A program made the position numbers and the translations under genes. Positions 12,718-15,558 of a stretch of DNA of 15,558 nucleotides are shown here, piece after piece. Position 1 is the stretch's first letter. Each line of letters starts with the position of its first letter. Origin of the DNA: PVC group bacterium (lineage in GTDB: Bacteria; GCA-001730085; JADFSZ01); NCBI GenBank assembly GCA_022560555.1, contig JADFSZ010000017.1:1-15558 (forward strand), in the 5' to 3' direction. Under the pieces are notes generated by a model that was not told where the DNA came from, searched no databases, and saw only the letters and a list, made by a program, of their open reading frames with translations.

Positions 12718-14277
12718 ATGAGAACCATCAAGATCTATGACACAACTCTGAGAGACGGCACACAGGCGGAAGGGGTATCTTTATCGCTTCTTGATAAAAT
12801 TGCCATCACGAAAAAACTTGATGAAATCGGTATTCATTATATTGAAGGCGGGTGGCCTGGATCTAATCCGAAAGACATTGCGTATTTTAAAGAGGTCCAA
12901 AAACTCAAATTGAAAAATTCTTTGATTGCCGCGTTTGGCAGTACGCATCGGGCAAGTGTGAAAGTTGAAGAAGAGCAGAATATGAGGGCTCTCATTGAGG
13001 CCAATACGCCTGTGATCACGATTTTCGGCAAAACCTGGGATCTTCATGTACGGGTAGTGCTTCGGATAAGTGATGATAAAAATCTCGAAATCATTCATAA
13101 TTCCGTAAAATTTCTTAAGAAGAAAAAGAAAGAAGTTATTTATGACGCTGAGCATTTTTTTGACGGATATAAAACGAATCCCGAATATGCCTTAAAAACG
13201 CTTGGGGCCGCTTTGGAGGGAGGAGCCGACTGGCTTGTGCTGTGTGACACAAACGGCGGGACTTTGGTCGGAGAATTGCAGAAAATCGTGCGTGAGGTCA
13301 GAAAAACGTTTGACTGTAAGCTGGGTATTCACACGCACAATGACAGCGGTGTCGGTGTTGCTAACGCGATCGCAGCGATTGATGAAGGCTGCAATCAGGT
13401 CCAGGGGACGATTAATGGGATCGGAGAACGCTGCGGAAACGCGAATCTTTGCTCTATTGTCCCGAATATTAAGTTAAAGCTGAAGCTCAACTGTCTGACA
13501 TCACCGCAATTAAAAAAATTGTACGATTTATCCCATTATGTTAACGAGCTTGCGAATCTAATCCCGGACGAACGGCAGCCGTATATTGGCGCGAGTGCGT
13601 TTGCTCACAAAGGAGGGATGCATGTCAACGCCGTTGAGAAAGATGCGGCGACATTTGAGCATATTCCCCCTGAATTGGTTGGGAATAAAAGAAGAATTCT
13701 TTTATCAGAATTGGCGGGGAAGAGTAATGTGATTTTGATCGCGCGCCAGCTGGGTATTGAGCTGAAGGATAATGACAAAGTTTATAAGGACGTTCTTAAG
13801 CGCATTAAGGAACTGGAAAATGAGGGTTACGAGTTTGAAGGAGCCGAGGCTTCATTTAAACTTCTCGTGAAAAAAGCGATGGGGAAATACAAACCGCTTT
13901 TTCGATCGGCAGGATTTCGTGTGGTTGTAGAAAAAAAAGAAGACGGATGTCTGATCAGTGAAGCTACAGTTAAAATCATTATTAAAGATAAAGAAATCCT
14001 TATGACGGCTGAAGGAGACGGTCCCGTGAACGCGCTTGATACGGCTCTTCGCAAAGCGTTGCGGGGACATTACCCCGAGATCTCTAAGGTACATCTCAAG
14101 GACTACAAGGTCCGTGTGCTGGATGCCAAGGAGGGTACGGCGGCGAAAGTCCGTGTGCATATCGAATCCGGTGATCAGCACGACAACTGGAATACGGTGG
14201 GTGTATCCGAAAATATTATCGAAGCGAGTTGGTGGGCTTTGGTTGATAGTATTGAATACAAACTTCTGAAAGATTAA
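12718..14277 (+). CDS. cimA: (R)-citramalate synthase, from the LeuA-related ~520-aa clade. 2-isopropylmalate synthase is a less likely alternative.
   Basis: N-terminal IYDTTLRDGTQAEGVSLS, IHYIEGGWPGSNPKD, LGIHTHNDSGVGVANAIAAIDEGCNQVQGTINGIGERCGNANL, AFAHKGGMHVNAV. C-terminal LeuA-type regulatory domain: GDGPVNALDTALRKAL...VRVLD...AKVRVHIE...GVSENIIEASWWALVDSIEY. Its size, the GGWPGSNPKD motif and its position just after aspartate kinase match the Geobacter-type CimA as I recall it. Confidence 0.8.
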   Translation: MRTIKIYDTTLRDGTQAEGVSLSLLDKIAITKKLDEIGIHYIEGGWPGSNPKDIAYFKEVQKLKLKNSLIAAFGSTHRASVKVEEEQNMRALIEANTPVITIFGKTWDLHVRVVLRISDDKNLEIIHNSVKFLKKKKKEVIYDAEHFFDGYKTNPEYALKTLGAALEGGADWLVLCDTNGGTLVGELQKIVREVRKTFDCKLGIHTHNDSGVGVANAIAAIDEGCNQVQGTINGIGERCGNANLCSIVPNIKLKLKLNCLTSPQLKKLYDLSHYVNELANLIPDERQPYIGASAFAHKGGMHVNAVEKDAATFEHIPPELVGNKRRILLSELAGKSNVILIARQLGIELKDNDKVYKDVLKRIKELENEGYEFEGAEASFKLLVKKAMGKYKPLFRSAGFRVVVEKKEDGCLISEATVKIIIKDKEILMTAEGDGPVNALDTALRKALRGHYPEISKVHLKDYKVRVLDAKEGTAAKVRVHIESGDQHDNWNTVGVSENIIEASWWALVDSIEYKLLKD

Positions 14278-14280
14278 CAT

Positions 14281-14350
14281 AAAAATGACGAATGTCAAAA
14301 TCCGAATGACAAATCAAAAATGATAAACGTCAAAATACCAATGATAAATG
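14281..14350 (+). repeat. 35-bp direct repeat x2 (28/35 identical) in the cimA-valS intergenic region. Each unit carries a TGAYnnnnGTCA palindrome and two AATGA cores.
   Basis: Unit A 14281-14315 aaaaatgacgaatgtcaaaatccgaatgacaaatc. Unit B 14316-14350 aaaaatgataaacgtcaaaataccaatgataaatg. AATGA cores at 14284, 14305, 14319 and 14340. TGACgaatGTCA at 14286-14297. Confidence 0.8.
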
Positions 14351-14365
14351 GTTTAATACACGCAC

Positions 14366-14393
14366 TTTGTCATTAGTCATTTGAGCTTTGTCA
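14366..14393 (+). promoter_or_regulatory. Cluster of three reverse-oriented copies of the same motif (TTTGTCATT / GTCATT / CTTTGTCA), 17 nt upstream of the valS start.
   Basis: TTTGTCATT (14366-14374) is the exact reverse complement of AATGACAAA (14305-14313). GTCATT at 14376-14381. CTTTGTCA at 14386-14393. Confidence 0.5.
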
Positions 14394-14409
14394 CACCCCC
14401 GTGGGTTTC

Positions 14410-15558
14410 ATGGAACTTTCTAAAAGATACAATCCCAAGGACGTTGAAGAAAAATGGTATCAGTATTGGGACGAAAACAATTTTTTTCAACCCAAAGATG
14501 ATCCTAAGGCTCCGACGTATACGATTGTCATCCCTCCTCCGAATATCACGGGTGTGCTTCATATGGGACACGCCCTCAACAATACCATCCAGGATGTTCT
14601 TATCCGTTTTAAGCGTATGCAAGGATTCCGGACGCTGTGGATTCCGGGAACGGATCACGCCGGTATTGCCACGCAGAATATGGTAGAGAAGAGCCTTCAT
14701 AAAAAAAATAAAAAGCGGACCGATTATTCACAGGAAGAATTTATCAATCTTATTTGGGAATGGAAAGAAAAACACGGCAACACTATTATCGGTCAATTGA
14801 AGAAACTGGGATGTTCCTGTGATTGGAGCCGCGAACGTTTTACGATGGATGAACGTTTGAGTTATGCCGTTTTTGAATCATTTAAACGGCTTTATGATAA
14901 GGGGCTTATTTATCAGGGTGAATATATCATTAATTGGTGTCCCAGGTGCCGGACGGCGTTATCGGACGAAGAAGCCGAAAAACAAGAGCAGGATGGGGTT
15001 CTCTATTATATTCGGTATCCGATCATAGATTCAGATGAAAGTCTTGTTGTCGCGACAACGCGTCCCGAGACCATGCTGGGAGATACGGCTGTAGCGGTCA
15101 ATCCGAAGGACAAGAGATACAAGAAATATATCGGCAAAAATATTAAACTGCCGCTGACAGATCGGGTCATTCCGATCATAGCGGATGAGTTTGTGGATCC
15201 TGGTTTTGGGACCGGAGCCGTAAAAGTAACTCCCGCACATGATCCGAATGATTTTCAAATGGGCCAAAAGCACTCCTTAGAATTTGTGGTCATTATGGAT
15301 GAGCTCGCGGTGATGAATAAGGAAGCCGGGAAAAAATATGAGGGGATGGACCGCTTCAAATGCCGCAAGCAGGTGATCCAGGATTTGCAAAAGCAGGCTC
15401 TGTTTGTGGAAAAAAAACCTCACAGGCATGCTGTGGGGCGGTGCTACCGGTGCGAAACGATTGTAGAACCGTACATTTCGAATCAATGGTTTGTCAAAAT
15501 GGAGCCTCTGGCCCGTGCCGCGATCAAGGTCGTTGAAGAAGGAAAAATCAAATTTTAC
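14410..15558 (+). CDS. valS: Valine--tRNA ligase, N-terminal 383 codons. It runs off the 3' edge of the window and is not present in the supplied ORF track.
   Basis: My translation of the frame starting at ATG 14410 is open to base 15558. It reads MELSKRYNPKDVEEKWYQYWDENNFFQPKDDPKAPTYTIVIPPPNITGVLHMGHALNNTIQDVLIRFKRMQGFRTLWIPGTDHAGIATQ...CDWSRERFTMDE...NWCPRCRTALSDEE...TTRPETMLGDTAVAVNP...GTGAVKVTPAHDPNDF...RCYRCETIVEPYISNQWFVKM. This includes the class-I HIGH motif (HMGH) and classic ValRS N-terminal and editing-domain blocks. Confidence 0.93.
   Translation, partial: MELSKRYNPKDVEEKWYQYWDENNFFQPKDDPKAPTYTIVIPPPNITGVLHMGHALNNTIQDVLIRFKRMQGFRTLWIPGTDHAGIATQNMVEKSLHKKNKKRTDYSQEEFINLIWEWKEKHGNTIIGQLKKLGCSCDWSRERFTMDERLSYAVFESFKRLYDKGLIYQGEYIINWCPRCRTALSDEEAEKQEQDGVLYYIRYPIIDSDESLVVATTRPETMLGDTAVAVNPKDKRYKKYIGKNIKLPLTDRVIPIIADEFVDPGFGTGAVKVTPAHDPNDFQMGQKHSLEFVVIMDELAVMNKEAGKKYEGMDRFKCRKQVIQDLQKQALFVEKKPHRHAVGRCYRCETIVEPYISNQWFVKMEPLARAAIKVVEEGKIKFY

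Noticed and set aside
7907-14298. Remaining internal and alternative-frame ORFs in the amino-acid cluster. Minus strand: 7907..8095, 8484..8732, 9183..9368, 9648..9962, 10464..10655, 10728..11057, 11194..11418, 11918..12160, 12197..12397, 12288..12575, 12781..13155, 12837..13031, 13827..14054, 13852..14298. Plus strand out-of-frame: 9434..9625, 10930..11115, 13202..13477, 14036..14269.
   Set aside because: Each is nested in, or antisense to, a gene with strong family motifs (hom, thrC, apgM-like, lysC, cimA). The translations are Arg/Ser-rich or hydrophobic with no recognisable motifs. None has a credible RBS.
14278-14409. T-box leader upstream of valS.
   Set aside because: There is no T-box consensus (no AGAGA/GNUGGUACCGCG-like box, no specifier-loop architecture, no terminator/antiterminator pair). 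The region is only 132 nt, too short for a T-box.
14377-15486. ORFs 14381..14686 (+), 14377..14700 (-), 15031..15273 (-) and 15277..15486 (-).
   Set aside because: All overlap the valS reading frame (14410 onward), which has unmistakable ValRS motifs. The + strand ORF is simply frame +2 of the same DNA.

Overview
This looks like a bacterial chromosomal segment, moderately AT-rich, and every gene I can support lies on the + strand. Most of it is ordinary housekeeping. It carries gpsA, a stand-alone tRNA-Pro(GGG), an aspartate-family amino-acid cluster (hom, thrC, apgM-like, lysC, cimA) and the 5' part of valS. valS is a clean 383-codon open frame that the supplied ORF track does not list. The unusual part is the left 6 kb. 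A 5'-truncated coiled-coil gene is followed 36 nt later by a 1565-aa protein. Its layout is N-terminal GGDEF diguanylate cyclase with no upstream sensor domain, then an AAA_16/STAND-type P-loop NTPase with its helical arm, then about 700 aa of uncharacterised helical sequence, then C-terminal PBS-lyase-type HEAT repeats. That is an effector-NTPase-repeat layout like NLR/STAND switches, with a c-di-GMP synthase as the output. Five secondary points are worth checking. (1) The apgM-like metalloenzyme sits between thrC and lysC with no canonical thrB in the window, so it may be a non-canonical homoserine kinase. (2) lysC has an internal SD+ATG at the ACT-domain boundary, suggesting a beta subunit. 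(3) gpsA has a near-consensus promoter that would give a leaderless mRNA. (4) A small 3-TM ORF follows an extreme polypurine SD. (5) Two arrays of AATGA-core repeats flank cimA. I saw no CRISPR array, mobile element or rRNA. All minus-strand ORFs in the track look like shadow frames. Every function here is assigned by reading motifs by eye, and no database search was run.
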